From NCBI GenBank assembly GCA_015059925.1, contig SUZL01000005.1, positions 27,891-91,890 of the forward strand: DNA of 64,000 bases, given 5' to 3'. Shown here one piece after another: positions 19,404 to 28,781 of this stretch; positions within the stretch are counted from its first letter, which is position 1; each line of letters opens with the position of its first letter. Below the pieces are notes generated by a model that saw nothing but the letters and a program-made list of their open reading frames with translations, made no database searches and had not been told where the DNA came from. This DNA is from Rikenellaceae bacterium (lineage in GTDB: Bacteria; Bacteroidota; Bacteroidia; Bacteroidales; Rikenellaceae). The translations under genes were made by a program, and so were the position numbers.

Positions 19404-20210
19404 ATGATTTTTTGCAAAAAAAATATCTGTTTTCTTTTCATCGCATTGCTGTGTATGATCTCGTCGCAGGCCGTCGGACAGGAGCTCGTGAGCCAACCCG
19501 ATTCCCTCTCCCGCCCTCTCACCCGCGCCGAGAAGATCAGCCGCCGAGGTGTTACGAATATGACGAACCGATTCGTCGCCAAGGGCTCGTGGATTATGGG
19601 AGCCAACCTCGCCTACTCGACACACGTCAATGAGAACTACTCTTTGGCCCTGATCGAGGGCATCAACTCCGAAGGATATACCTTTCGCGGAAGTCCGATG
19701 ATTGCCTATGCCATCCGCGACAATATGGCTCTCGGTCTGCGTGGCACGTACTCACGTTCTAATCTGACGGTCGATAGCGCCAATCTGAAATTTGGCGACG
19801 ACGAGACCGGCACCGAGATCACCGTCAACGACTATAAGACCGTACGCCACACCTACTCCGTAGCGGCCATCTGGCGTCAATACATCCCGCTGGGCCGCAG
19901 CAAACGCTTTGCCATCTTCAACGAGATTTCGCTCGGCGCAGGAGGCACAGAGTCAATTTTCGCGGCCGACCAGCCAATCAAGGGTACATATGAGGAGGGC
20001 TACACCGTCTCACTCGGTATCTCGCCCGGATTGATGGCCTTCGCCACCAACGACGTTGCCATCGAAGTGAATGTGGGCGTTATGGGAATTAATTTTACAG
20101 ACGTAAAGCAGGTTCACAACCAGGTTCAAACGGGCAAACAACGCTCGAGTAATATGGCCTTTAAGGTCAATCTGCTCTCAATCGGTGTTGGAGTATCCTT
20201 TTATTTGTAG
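19404..20210 (+). CDS. Outer-membrane beta-barrel protein (paralog 1)
   Basis: Signal peptide from ATG 19404 (MIFCKKNICFLFIALL..SQA), alternating beta-strands, C-terminal GVSFYL beta-signal. Confidence 0.7.
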   Translation: MIFCKKNICFLFIALLCMISSQAVGQELVSQPDSLSRPLTRAEKISRRGVTNMTNRFVAKGSWIMGANLAYSTHVNENYSLALIEGINSEGYTFRGSPMIAYAIRDNMALGLRGTYSRSNLTVDSANLKFGDDETGTEITVNDYKTVRHTYSVAAIWRQYIPLGRSKRFAIFNEISLGAGGTESIFAADQPIKGTYEEGYTVSLGISPGLMAFATNDVAIEVNVGVMGINFTDVKQVHNQVQTGKQRSSNMAFKVNLLSIGVGVSFYL

Positions 20211-20215
20211 AGAAG

Positions 20216-21010
20216 ATGATGCAACGAAGTATAATATTAAGTCTACTGGTTATATTCCTGTGCTGCACAGGGGCTTACTCTCAGCAAGCCACGTCGGGAC
20301 ACAAGGCTCGACGCATCGATCGTGGCATCAACACAGGCATCCCGTTCGGCTACAAGGGTGAGGTCATTATGGGTACTACGGCCTCTTACGGCACCCTTAC
20401 CAGCGAGGACTCAAACATTCTGGTCTATCTTGACAATATCAATATCGACGGCACGATAACCACCGTAAAACCCTTCATCGGCTACTTCTACCGCGACAAT
20501 CGTTGCATCGGAGTCCGCTTTGGCTATCAGTACATTGATGGCGATTTGGGGAATCTTGATCTCGACTTGGGCGAGCAGAACGATATTTCGATGAGTGTCG
20601 AGGGTTTGCAGCTTATCAACAATAGTATGTCAGCTTCTATTTTCCATCGCTCATACGTCTCACTCGACAACAAAGGCCGCTTTGGTCTATTTGCCGAGAT
20701 CGAGGCTTCGGCACAGATGGGCAAGGGCGAGTTTCTGAACAGCTCGGGCGAAGTTCCCAAATACACCAAGAGCGAGAATATGAAGTTCGAGCTTGGCTTC
20801 AACCCCGGCGTTGCAGTCTATATCTTTCCGTCGGTGTGTGCCACCGTATCGATCGGACTGGGCGGTGTTAAGTACGCCTCTATTACGCAATACGATGAGC
20901 TGAACAACAAGGTCGGCTCACGCGAGGCATCGAAGATGCAGTTCCGTCTGAATGTCGCCGACATCAACTTCGGAATGGTTATCCACCTTTGGAGCAAGAA
21001 GAAAAAATAA
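20216..21010 (+). CDS. Outer-membrane beta-barrel protein (paralog 2)
   Basis: Signal peptide, amphipathic strands; segments align by eye with paralog 1 (PFIGYFYRDN vs PMIAYAIRDN; LGFNPG vs LGISPG). Confidence 0.7.
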   Translation: MMQRSIILSLLVIFLCCTGAYSQQATSGHKARRIDRGINTGIPFGYKGEVIMGTTASYGTLTSEDSNILVYLDNINIDGTITTVKPFIGYFYRDNRCIGVRFGYQYIDGDLGNLDLDLGEQNDISMSVEGLQLINNSMSASIFHRSYVSLDNKGRFGLFAEIEASAQMGKGEFLNSSGEVPKYTKSENMKFELGFNPGVAVYIFPSVCATVSIGLGGVKYASITQYDELNNKVGSREASKMQFRLNVADINFGMVIHLWSKKKK

Positions 21011-21035
21011 TGTAAGATCGAATAAAAGTTAAACG

Positions 21036-21072
21036 CGAACGAGGGTGCCCAACGTCTGGGCACCCTCGTTCG
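21036..21072. terminator. Strong hairpin between convergent units
   Basis: 16-bp perfect stem CGAACGAGGGTGCCCA-ACGTC-TGGGCACCCTCGTTCG; U-tracts are weak. Confidence 0.7.
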
Positions 21073-21113
21073 TTAAGGCCTTTGCACCTAAGCCGCGGCG
21101 ACAAAGCCACCTG

Positions 21114-21563
21114 CTACAAAGCCACCTTGAAGATACACTTCTTAACGTGGCCCTCGCCCAGCATCGGGGCGTGTCCATCCTCGGGGAAGAGGATCGAGAA
21201 CTGTCCCTCGCCGACCGAGTAGAAGCACTGCGGAATATCGGTAAAGAGCTGAATATCCTTCTGCTCGTCGAACTCAGTCTCCGCCGTCAGGCAATCCTTC
21301 TTCTCGCTCCAGCCGAAGACCTCGTTCGGACCGCTGAGCAGCAGCTGAATGTCGATATACTTGCGGTGCAACTCCAGACGTGCTGCGCTAACCTCGCGCA
21401 GGTCCAACTCCTGCACCATAACGTAGATATTGTCGCCATCGATGTCGTGACGACCACAGGGCAGCGATGCCACATCGTTGTTATCGATAAAATCGAACAC
21501 CGCCTGAAAACGCGGATGAAGCGCCGCGTACTGCGCTTTGTTTTTAAGTGAATCGAGAATCAT
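21114..21563 (-). CDS. YhcH/YjgK/YiaL (NanQ-like) family protein
   Basis: LELHRKYIDIQ and FSILFPEDGHAP motifs. Confidence 0.9.
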   Translation of the reverse strand: MILDSLKNKAQYAALHPRFQAVFDFIDNNDVASLPCGRHDIDGDNIYVMVQELDLREVSAARLELHRKYIDIQLLLSGPNEVFGWSEKKDCLTAETEFDEQKDIQLFTDIPQCFYSVGEGQFSILFPEDGHAPMLGEGHVKKCIFKVAL

Positions 21564-21574
21564 AACTATTTGGG

Positions 21575-22885
21575 TTAATTGGTTTTACGATTAAATTTCA
21601 ATCTCACGAACACAGGGTAGTGATCCGAGTATTTCACCCCTCGCTCTACCTCCTCGACGCCCTCCTGCAGCTCCATTGCCTCGCGCAACTGCTCTTCGGT
21701 TGGGGCCTCCATTCGGTTGCCGTACCTTCGCACCAGCACCGTATCGGCATTCTCGCCTCGGCCCTTTACCGCCTGCTCCAACGTCCACGAATCGACAACT
21801 TCGTACGACAACGGTTCAAACTCCTCGGTGGCAAAGACATAGTCGATTCGGAGCATATCGAAGAATCCGCGATATGTATTCGAGTAGCCTCGTCCCACCT
21901 CTCGGAACGCATCACTGAGTCCTCGTGCCACACGGCGATAGGTGTACGACACGGGCGTATCGTTAAAATCACCGCACACGATTGTCGGATACTGCGACTG
22001 CTCGATCATCGCCTTGAGCGTATCGGCCTGCTCGGCTCGCACCTTGTTATTCTCGGCCAGACGGTTAATCATATTGCGCACGCGCGACAGACTATCATCA
22101 TCTAAATAGTCGTGATTCTCAATAAACAGACTCTCGTCGCGGCGAATTGCCGTCGTGTGGAGGTGCGAATTGAAGATCCTTATCGTGTCGTCCTTGAGCT
22201 TATTCTTAATCACCACATCGGCCCACACGAAGTTTATCAGCGTATCCACCCTGCCGGCCCTAACTATCGGATAACGGCTGTATATCGCGGGGCTCAGATT
22301 CACCCTCGACAGCGATCGCGGCATCGGGTACAGCGGCTCAAACAGCGAGTCGGCAATATCGCTGAAACCCATCTCCTGCAAGCAGAGAATATCGGGGTTA
22401 AGCTCCTTAATCACCTTTGCCACCGAGTCGATACAGCGTTCGCCATCGTCGTCGATGAAGCTACGCACGTTGTACGTCAGCACCTTCATCGCACTTCGAT
22501 CGTACTGCTTTCTGAGGTTGGGCTCGGTATAAACTCGTCGCAGCTCAACCTTGTAAAATAGCGATAGCTGAAACACTCCGCTGAGTGCCACCAACATCAT
22601 CGGCACGGCCACCCACAGTCGCCAACGCAGAAACCAATATAGCGTCAGCAACGTCTGTGCGATATATACAAACGGAGCTATCAACCCCAACGTCGAGAGC
22701 TCGTTATACTCGCGCGGGTCCAGTCGCGGCACGATGAGCGTAAGGATAAAGAGCGTCGCAACGCCTATCGTTACCACACCCATCACCACGTCGATCAGAT
22801 TTCCGATCGCCGAACGCTTGCGTCGTGTGCGACGCGACGAGGAGTATGTTTTTCCGTAGTAATCAGCCATAACGCCCCCGAGCAA
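21575..22885 (-). CDS. Endonuclease/exonuclease/phosphatase family protein with N-terminal TM segments
   Basis: TYNV, LCLQE, GDFND, RIDY and SDHYPV motifs. Start may be GTG/ATG near 22870. Confidence 0.88.
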   Translation of the reverse strand: MLGGVMADYYGKTYSSSRRTRRKRSAIGNLIDVVMGVVTIGVATLFILTLIVPRLDPREYNELSTLGLIAPFVYIAQTLLTLYWFLRWRLWVAVPMMLVALSGVFQLSLFYKVELRRVYTEPNLRKQYDRSAMKVLTYNVRSFIDDDGERCIDSVAKVIKELNPDILCLQEMGFSDIADSLFEPLYPMPRSLSRVNLSPAIYSRYPIVRAGRVDTLINFVWADVVIKNKLKDDTIRIFNSHLHTTAIRRDESLFIENHDYLDDDSLSRVRNMINRLAENNKVRAEQADTLKAMIEQSQYPTIVCGDFNDTPVSYTYRRVARGLSDAFREVGRGYSNTYRGFFDMLRIDYVFATEEFEPLSYEVVDSWTLEQAVKGRGENADTVLVRRYGNRMEAPTEEQLREAMELQEGVEEVERGVKYSDHYPVFVRLKFNRKTN

Positions 22886-22891
22886 CCCGTT

Positions 22892-23599
22892 TTAGAAGAA
22901 TATCTTGCGCTGCTTGCGCCACCACAGGAGCAGTCCCAAGCCCCACAGCATACCACCCAGATGGGCAAAATGCGCCACACCCGACTGATAACCCGACAGG
23001 CCGAAGAATAGCTCCAGCAAACCATAAATCAACACAAACCACTTGGCCTTAAGCGCAATGGGCGGGAAGATCAGCATAATGACGTTGTTGGGATGCAACA
23101 CACCAAAAGCCAGCAGCAACCCGAACACCGCACCCGAAGCACCCACCGTCGGGGTGTATAGGTACTGCATCGCTGCCTGCAGACCGCCGGCGGCCAATGC
23201 GTGCTGATACTCGGCATATCCCACACCCATCTGCAGCAGGGCGGCACCCACGCCGCATACCATATAGTATGTAAAGAATCGCTGCGATCCAAGCTCATAC
23301 TCCAACTGTCGTCCAAACATCCACAGCGCAAACATATTGAAGAACAGATGCGACACTCCGCCGTGCAGGAACATATATGTAAAGAGCTGATAGCTATGGA
23401 ACATCGGGCTCTCCACGTTAAACAGCGCAAAGCGCGTCAGCAGCTCGTCGCCAATGGGCAGGAGCGTTGTTGCCAACAGCGCCACGCAGTTGGCTATGAT
23501 AAGATTCTTCACCACTGGCGGGGTGATATTCTGTCTGTATGCGTACATATTTCTCGTTTTTCTGCGCCTCGCCACATAAGGATTTGATGCCCATCGCAT
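22892..23599 (-). CDS. Rhomboid family intramembrane serine protease
   Basis: HLFFNM, catalytic GASG and AHLGG motifs. True start probably MYAYRQ at about 23548. Confidence 0.93.
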   Translation of the reverse strand: MRWASNPYVARRRKTRNMYAYRQNITPPVVKNLIIANCVALLATTLLPIGDELLTRFALFNVESPMFHSYQLFTYMFLHGGVSHLFFNMFALWMFGRQLEYELGSQRFFTYYMVCGVGAALLQMGVGYAEYQHALAAGGLQAAMQYLYTPTVGASGAVFGLLLAFGVLHPNNVIMLIFPPIALKAKWFVLIYGLLELFFGLSGYQSGVAHFAHLGGMLWGLGLLLWWRKQRKIFF

Positions 23600-23629
23600 C
23601 GCCTCCCCTGCAGCGGCCGACGCCCTATG

Positions 23630-25714
23630 TTAATTCAATTTTGCTTTAAGTTCCTCTATCGTAAGCTCCGCCATAATAGCCTTGCCCGATGGCGAGTATG
23701 AGTAGTTCTCCGCCGCCGACAATCGCCCGAGCAGCTCCTCGGCCTCCCTTACCGATAGTTGTCGCGCGAGCTGACGCGAAGCCCTTACAGCCATCATCCG
23801 AGCCATATCCTCGCGCATACGCTCCCGCGCATCGCCACTCGCCTCCACCTCGCGCAACAGGTCGTAGAGCAGCGTATCCGCCCCCTCGCCCACGATGCTC
23901 GAGGGAATGCCGCACAGCTCCACCTCGCAATCCTCCTTTAGATGAATATCGAAGCCCAACGCCGCAAACTCCACTTCGTGCTCTCTGAGCAGCGCATAAT
24001 CCTCCACCGAGAGCAACAATCGCTCGGGGAAGAGCAGTTGCTGCGACGGGGCCGCACCCACGCCCAGCATCGACATATACTCATCATACAGTAGTCGCTC
24101 CTTCGCTCTGCGCAGATCGACAATCATCGTGCGCCCTGCCGCCATCGCTATGGCATATCCCCCTTTGAGCGGCATCACGGCCGAGAACTCCAACTGCTCT
24201 GCCTGCTCGATTCGTTGTTGCACAGCCGAGGGGATAAACTCTATCGAGCTCTCGCCCTCCACCTCACCGAACGCCGACATATCGATCACCTCAAATCCCG
24301 ACGAGGCGATCTCACGATACCCCTCCATCGGCTCCGCCTGCGCCTTAGGCTTCGGCACAAACTCCTCCATCTGAATCTCGGCAAGTCCTGCCGAGGGAAT
24401 CTCTCTGAGTGCAAAATCTCCCATCGAGGCCATATCCGACCACGCCACATCGCGCAGTCGATCCACCGTCTCGCCCTTTGCCGAGGTTCGCTTCGCAGAT
24501 GCCTTCTTCTCTTTTGGCATCTGCAGCCCCATCAGCTGTATAGGATCATCAAACGCAGTCTCTATATCCAACTCCGATGCCGACGCATCTATATAATTAT
24601 CGCTAAACGGATTATACCCCTCGATCGTCGTACTTCGCGGCTCGCTATACATCACATTTGCGGGATCGCCCATAACGGGAATATCTATCGCCACACTATT
24701 CTCGAAATCCATCATCGAGACGTTTCCACTCTTTGCCAACGTGCTACGCACCGCTGCTGAGATTATCTGACACACCTCCTCCGCATCGGCAAAACGCACC
24801 TCGGTCTTATGCGGCGAGACGTTCACATCCACCCTCTCGGGCTCGATGGTTAGGTATAGGAAGTACGATGGCGAATCCTTCTCTGGTATGAGCTTCTCGT
24901 AAGCCTTCATTATCGAGCGATAGATCTGCGGCGAGCGGAAGTATCGTCCATTTACAAAGAGATACTGCTCGGCATTCTTCTGCTTGGCAGCCGCAGGTCG
25001 TCCCACATAACCCTGCACCTTCACGATCGTGGTATCGACATCCACCTCCAGCAGATTTGTCTTGATATGCCGTCCCACAATACCTATGATTCGCTCCTGC
25101 AGCGAACTTGCCGCAAGCGTTATGATGGGCATATCGTTCGACATCAGTTCGCACCTCACCGCCGGATTGCACAGCGCCACCTGACGAAAGACCTTCTTTA
25201 TCTCGGTTACCATCTTCGAGCGGTCGCTGTTGAACTTACGGCGTGCGGGGGCCGTATAGAAGAGGTTACGCACCATAAACTGCGAACCTACGGGACACAT
25301 CGTCGGGCGCTGCGAGACGAACTCTCCGCCATTCACTATGGTCTCCGTTCCCACCTCATCCTCGGCTCTGCGCGTACGCAACTCGACCTGCGCCACTGCC
25401 GCAATCGAGGCCAGCGCCTCACCGCGAAAGCCGAAGGTCTGCAGACGATACACGTCGTCGAAGTTGCGTATCTTGCTCGTGGCGTGGCGGTCGAAGGCCA
25501 TACGCGCATCGAGCGGCGACATACCGCAACCGTTATCTATAATCTGTATCAGCTCCAACCCCGCATTACGGAAATTCACGGTCAAGGAGGTCGCTCCGGC
25601 GTCGATCGAATTCTCCATCATCTCCTTTATGGCCGATGCAGGATTATCCACCACCTCGCCGGCCGCAATCTGATTGGCCACGATTTCGGGTAAAAGATGT
25701 ATCTTATTCTCCAT
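23630..25714 (-). CDS. mutL: DNA mismatch repair protein MutL
   Basis: NQIAAGEVV, DNGCGM, RHATSKI, GFRGEALASI; C-terminal dimerisation domain. Confidence 0.96.
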   Translation of the reverse strand: MENKIHLLPEIVANQIAAGEVVDNPASAIKEMMENSIDAGATSLTVNFRNAGLELIQIIDNGCGMSPLDARMAFDRHATSKIRNFDDVYRLQTFGFRGEALASIAAVAQVELRTRRAEDEVGTETIVNGGEFVSQRPTMCPVGSQFMVRNLFYTAPARRKFNSDRSKMVTEIKKVFRQVALCNPAVRCELMSNDMPIITLAASSLQERIIGIVGRHIKTNLLEVDVDTTIVKVQGYVGRPAAAKQKNAEQYLFVNGRYFRSPQIYRSIMKAYEKLIPEKDSPSYFLYLTIEPERVDVNVSPHKTEVRFADAEEVCQIISAAVRSTLAKSGNVSMMDFENSVAIDIPVMGDPANVMYSEPRSTTIEGYNPFSDNYIDASASELDIETAFDDPIQLMGLQMPKEKKASAKRTSAKGETVDRLRDVAWSDMASMGDFALREIPSAGLAEIQMEEFVPKPKAQAEPMEGYREIASSGFEVIDMSAFGEVEGESSIEFIPSAVQQRIEQAEQLEFSAVMPLKGGYAIAMAAGRTMIVDLRRAKERLLYDEYMSMLGVGAAPSQQLLFPERLLLSVEDYALLREHEVEFAALGFDIHLKEDCEVELCGIPSSIVGEGADTLLYDLLREVEASGDARERMREDMARMMAVRASRQLARQLSVREAEELLGRLSAAENYSYSPSGKAIMAELTIEELKAKLN

Positions 25715-25740
25715 TTGGGGTTAGTTCTGATTTGTCGGCT

Positions 25741-26202
25741 TTACTCCAACTCAATATCCTTGATCTCCAGCTCGTCGCCCTCCTCGTAGTCGTTGGGCAC
25801 GATCACGATCGGAGCATAGGGGTTAAACTCCTCTATCTCCAGCTGCTGTTGAGCCTGCTCGCGCAAGGCCTTATCCGTTGTGGCCATCTCGAAGATCGCT
25901 CCCAGACGCGGAACAATCATATAGATGAACAGAGCGATGAGCACCAAACCCACACCCATCGTCCACATCTTCGTACGCTTATCCGCACGATGCTCCTGCT
26001 GCTCCTGCGCACGACGCATCTCTCGCGCCTCGCGCTTGGCCTTGATGTATTTTCCGGGCGTGTACTCCTCCTCATTCTGGTCCATTCGCTCGCCACGAAG
26101 CTCCGCACGACGCTGCTCACGAGCCTCCTTCGCGGGGTCGTAGTATCGCGGGATGTAATTGAATTTGTTAGCGTGGCGCTTGTGTGGTGAGAAAAATCCC
26201 AT
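25741..26202 (-). CDS. Conserved Bacteroidota hypothetical membrane protein
   Basis: KFNYIPRYYDP motif plus one TM helix; host-like codon usage; upstream of mutL. Confidence 0.7.
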   Translation of the reverse strand: MGFFSPHKRHANKFNYIPRYYDPAKEAREQRRAELRGERMDQNEEEYTPGKYIKAKREAREMRRAQEQQEHRADKRTKMWTMGVGLVLIALFIYMIVPRLGAIFEMATTDKALREQAQQQLEIEEFNPYAPIVIVPNDYEEGDELEIKDIELE

Positions 26203-26224
26203 AGTACTGCGGTTTTAATGTGTT

Positions 26225-27376
26225 TTATCTAAAAAAGTTCTTCATTCTCTCGAAGATGTTCTGGTTATCGACGCTCTCGGCAGCCTTGAAGTGGGGCTGC
26301 TCGGCGAGCTTCTCCACCAACTTACGCTCCTCGGAGGTGAGCGACGATGGGATGGTAATATCCACCACGATAAGTATATCGCCTCGCCCGTAACCATTCA
26401 CATCGGGCAAACCCTTGCCTCTCAGGCGCAGCACCTTACCCGCGTGCGTACCCCCTGCAATCTTGATCTTGGCCTTGCCGTCGATCGTGGGCACCTCCAC
26501 CTCGCCACCGAGTATGCAGGTCGTGATCGGCAGATTCAGGTTGTGAATCAAATCATTGCCATCGCGCACCAACTCGGGGTTGTGCTCCTCGTCAATCATT
26601 ACAAGCAGATCGCCATTCACGCCGCCGTGACGTGCCGCATTACCCTTGCCCTGCACCGTTACGGCCATACCCTCGCCAACGCCTGCGGGAATCTTGATCT
26701 CCACAACCTCATCGCCGCGAACCACGCCCTCACCCGAGCACTTGTCGCACTTGGCCGTGATGACCTTACCCTCGCCACCGCAAGTGGGGCATACGCCCTG
26801 CGTCTGCATACGGCCAAAGAATGTATTCTCCACTCTGACCACCGTACCCGTACCGTTACAGGTCGAGCAGGTCGCATACGACGACGAATCCTTGGCACCC
26901 GTGCCGCCGCACTTGTCGCAGGCGATGGTCTTGTTGATCTTCAGCTTCTTGGTCGTGCCGTTGGCAATCTCTGCGAGCGTGAGCTTCACCTTGATGCGAA
27001 TATCCGAGCCGCGACTTACTCTGCGGCCACCACCGCGCGAGGAGAAACCTCCGAAGTGTCCTCCGAAGATGTCGCCAAACTGCGAGAATATATCCTCCAT
27101 CGAGAATCCTCCGCCGAAGCCACCACCGAAGCCGCCACCCGCAGCGCCGCTCATACCCGCGTGTCCGAACTGATCGTAGCGCGCACGCTTCTCCTGATTC
27201 GACAGCACGTCGTAAGCCTCGGCCGCCTCCTTGAACTTCTCCTCGGCCTCCTTGTCGCCGGGGTTCTTGTCGGGGTGGTACTTGATGGCGGCCTTGCGAT
27301 AGGCCTTCTTTATCTCATCGGCATTGGCGTTACGCTCAACGCCTAACACCTCATAATAATCCCTTTTCTCTGACAT
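26225..27376 (-). CDS. dnaJ: Chaperone DnaJ
   Basis: J-domain HPD, G/F-rich region, four CxxCxGxG repeats. Confidence 0.98.
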   Translation of the reverse strand: MSEKRDYYEVLGVERNANADEIKKAYRKAAIKYHPDKNPGDKEAEEKFKEAAEAYDVLSNQEKRARYDQFGHAGMSGAAGGGFGGGFGGGFSMEDIFSQFGDIFGGHFGGFSSRGGGRRVSRGSDIRIKVKLTLAEIANGTTKKLKINKTIACDKCGGTGAKDSSSYATCSTCNGTGTVVRVENTFFGRMQTQGVCPTCGGEGKVITAKCDKCSGEGVVRGDEVVEIKIPAGVGEGMAVTVQGKGNAARHGGVNGDLLVMIDEEHNPELVRDGNDLIHNLNLPITTCILGGEVEVPTIDGKAKIKIAGGTHAGKVLRLRGKGLPDVNGYGRGDILIVVDITIPSSLTSEERKLVEKLAEQPHFKAAESVDNQNIFERMKNFFR

Positions 27377-27396
27377 CGTAATCTGAATTTTGTGCG

Positions 27397-28026
27397 TTAC
27401 TCGCCCACTACAACCTTGGCATAACGCAAAACCTTGTCGCCCAGCATATAACCTCGCTGCACGACATCTATAATCTTACCCTTGCGCTCCTCGCCCGCAG
27501 CAAAACGTGCCACAGCCTCGTGGAAGTCGGGGTCGAACTCCTTGTCCATAGCCTCGATCTCCACGACACTCTTCTGGCGCAGAGCCTCCTCAAACTTCTG
27601 CAACACCAGACGCTCGCCCTCGCGCAGTGCCGCAATATCCTCACTCTTTTCCGAGGCCGCCACCGCACGGTGCATATCGTCCAGCACCGAGAGCATCGAC
27701 TTAATCACATCCGCGCCACCGCTTGCCACCAGATCCATCTTCTCGCGCAACGTACGCTTACGATAGTTATCAAACTCGGCCTGCAGGCGCATATATTTAT
27801 CTCTCCAAACTGCTATAATCTCCTCTGGCGAAGGCTCTCTCTGCTCCGCTGACTCGCCACCCTCGGCCTCTGTCATTGTGTCAGCCTCCGACTGCTCATC
27901 CTCTGCCATATTGGCACACGGCTCTCCCTCACACGAGGGATAACCATCCGAGGGATTGAAGCCCTCCTCCTCTTTAACATCCTGATCCTTAATCTTCTCG
28001 TCTGTCATATCTATATGTTTTATCAT
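27397..28026 (-). CDS. grpE: Nucleotide exchange factor GrpE
   Basis: [36 protein letters not shown]. Start could be 28008 (MTDEK). Confidence 0.96.
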   Translation of the reverse strand: MIKHIDMTDEKIKDQDVKEEEGFNPSDGYPSCEGEPCANMAEDEQSEADTMTEAEGGESAEQREPSPEEIIAVWRDKYMRLQAEFDNYRKRTLREKMDLVASGGADVIKSMLSVLDDMHRAVAASEKSEDIAALREGERLVLQKFEEALRQKSVVEIEAMDKEFDPDFHEAVARFAAGEERKGKIIDVVQRGYMLGDKVLRYAKVVVGE

Positions 28027-28064
28027 TATTTTCTACTCTATTGGCGCAAATTGTATGCCCAAAG

Positions 28065-28781
28065 CTATCCTATAATAAATATGGTCGGCCGTTTGGCAAT
28101 CTCGGGCACTCCCACCTGTCGCCACTGCCCCACGCTGCGTGTTACGATCAGCTCCTCGGGCGATGTAATGTCGCACGCAACGGTCAAGCGGGTCTCCGTC
28201 GCGCAGACCTGCAACATCTGCTCCATCAGCTTTACGTTGCGATACGGAGCCTCGATGAAGATCTGCGACTGTCGCTCCTGATGCGCCCTTCGCTCCAGCG
28301 CCTTGAGCGCCTTGGCCCGCTCGGGCGGCTTTACGGGCAGATACCCGTTGAAGGCGAAGGATTGACCATTGAGTCCCGACGCCATCATCGCCAGCAGTAT
28401 CGACGAGGGCCCCACGAGCGGCACCACGCGAATCCCCTTCCGATGGCAAGCCTCCACCACCAGCGCTCCGGGATCGGCCACACCCGGCACTCCCGCCTCC
28501 GATATCACTCCCGCCGAACGTCCCGCCAGCAGCGGCTTGATCATAGCCTCTACGGCTGCACCTGCCGTTGTATGCTCATTAAGCTCAACAAACTCCAACT
28601 CGTCAATCTTGCGCGCGATGTGCGCCTTTGAGAGGAATCGGCGAGCCGAGCGGACATTCTCCACGATGAAGTAGTCGAGCGCATCTATCACCCGACGGTT
28701 TGCTTCCGGCACAACGTCATACACCTCGGTAGAGTCCGAAATCGGACACGGAATCATATATAATATACCCTTCTCGGCCAT
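28065..28781 (-). CDS. Tetrapyrrole-methylase family SAM-dependent methyltransferase (RsmI-like)
   Basis: SEAGVPGVADPG, PLVGPSSI and FIEAPYRN motifs. Confidence 0.85.
   Translation of the reverse strand: MAEKGILYMIPCPISDSTEVYDVVPEANRRVIDALDYFIVENVRSARRFLSKAHIARKIDELEFVELNEHTTAGAAVEAMIKPLLAGRSAGVISEAGVPGVADPGALVVEACHRKGIRVVPLVGPSSILLAMMASGLNGQSFAFNGYLPVKPPERAKALKALERRAHQERQSQIFIEAPYRNVKLMEQMLQVCATETRLTVACDITSPEELIVTRSVGQWRQVGVPEIAKRPTIFIIG

Noticed and set aside
9595-21010. Polysaccharide utilisation locus interpretation of the lipoprotein cluster
   Set aside because: No SusC TonB-dependent transporter, SusD, glycoside hydrolase or sensor-regulator is present.
28027-28064. CIRCE or other heat-shock operator upstream of grpE-dnaJ
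   Set aside because: No TTAGCACTC-N9-GAGTGCTAA or similar inverted repeat is visible.
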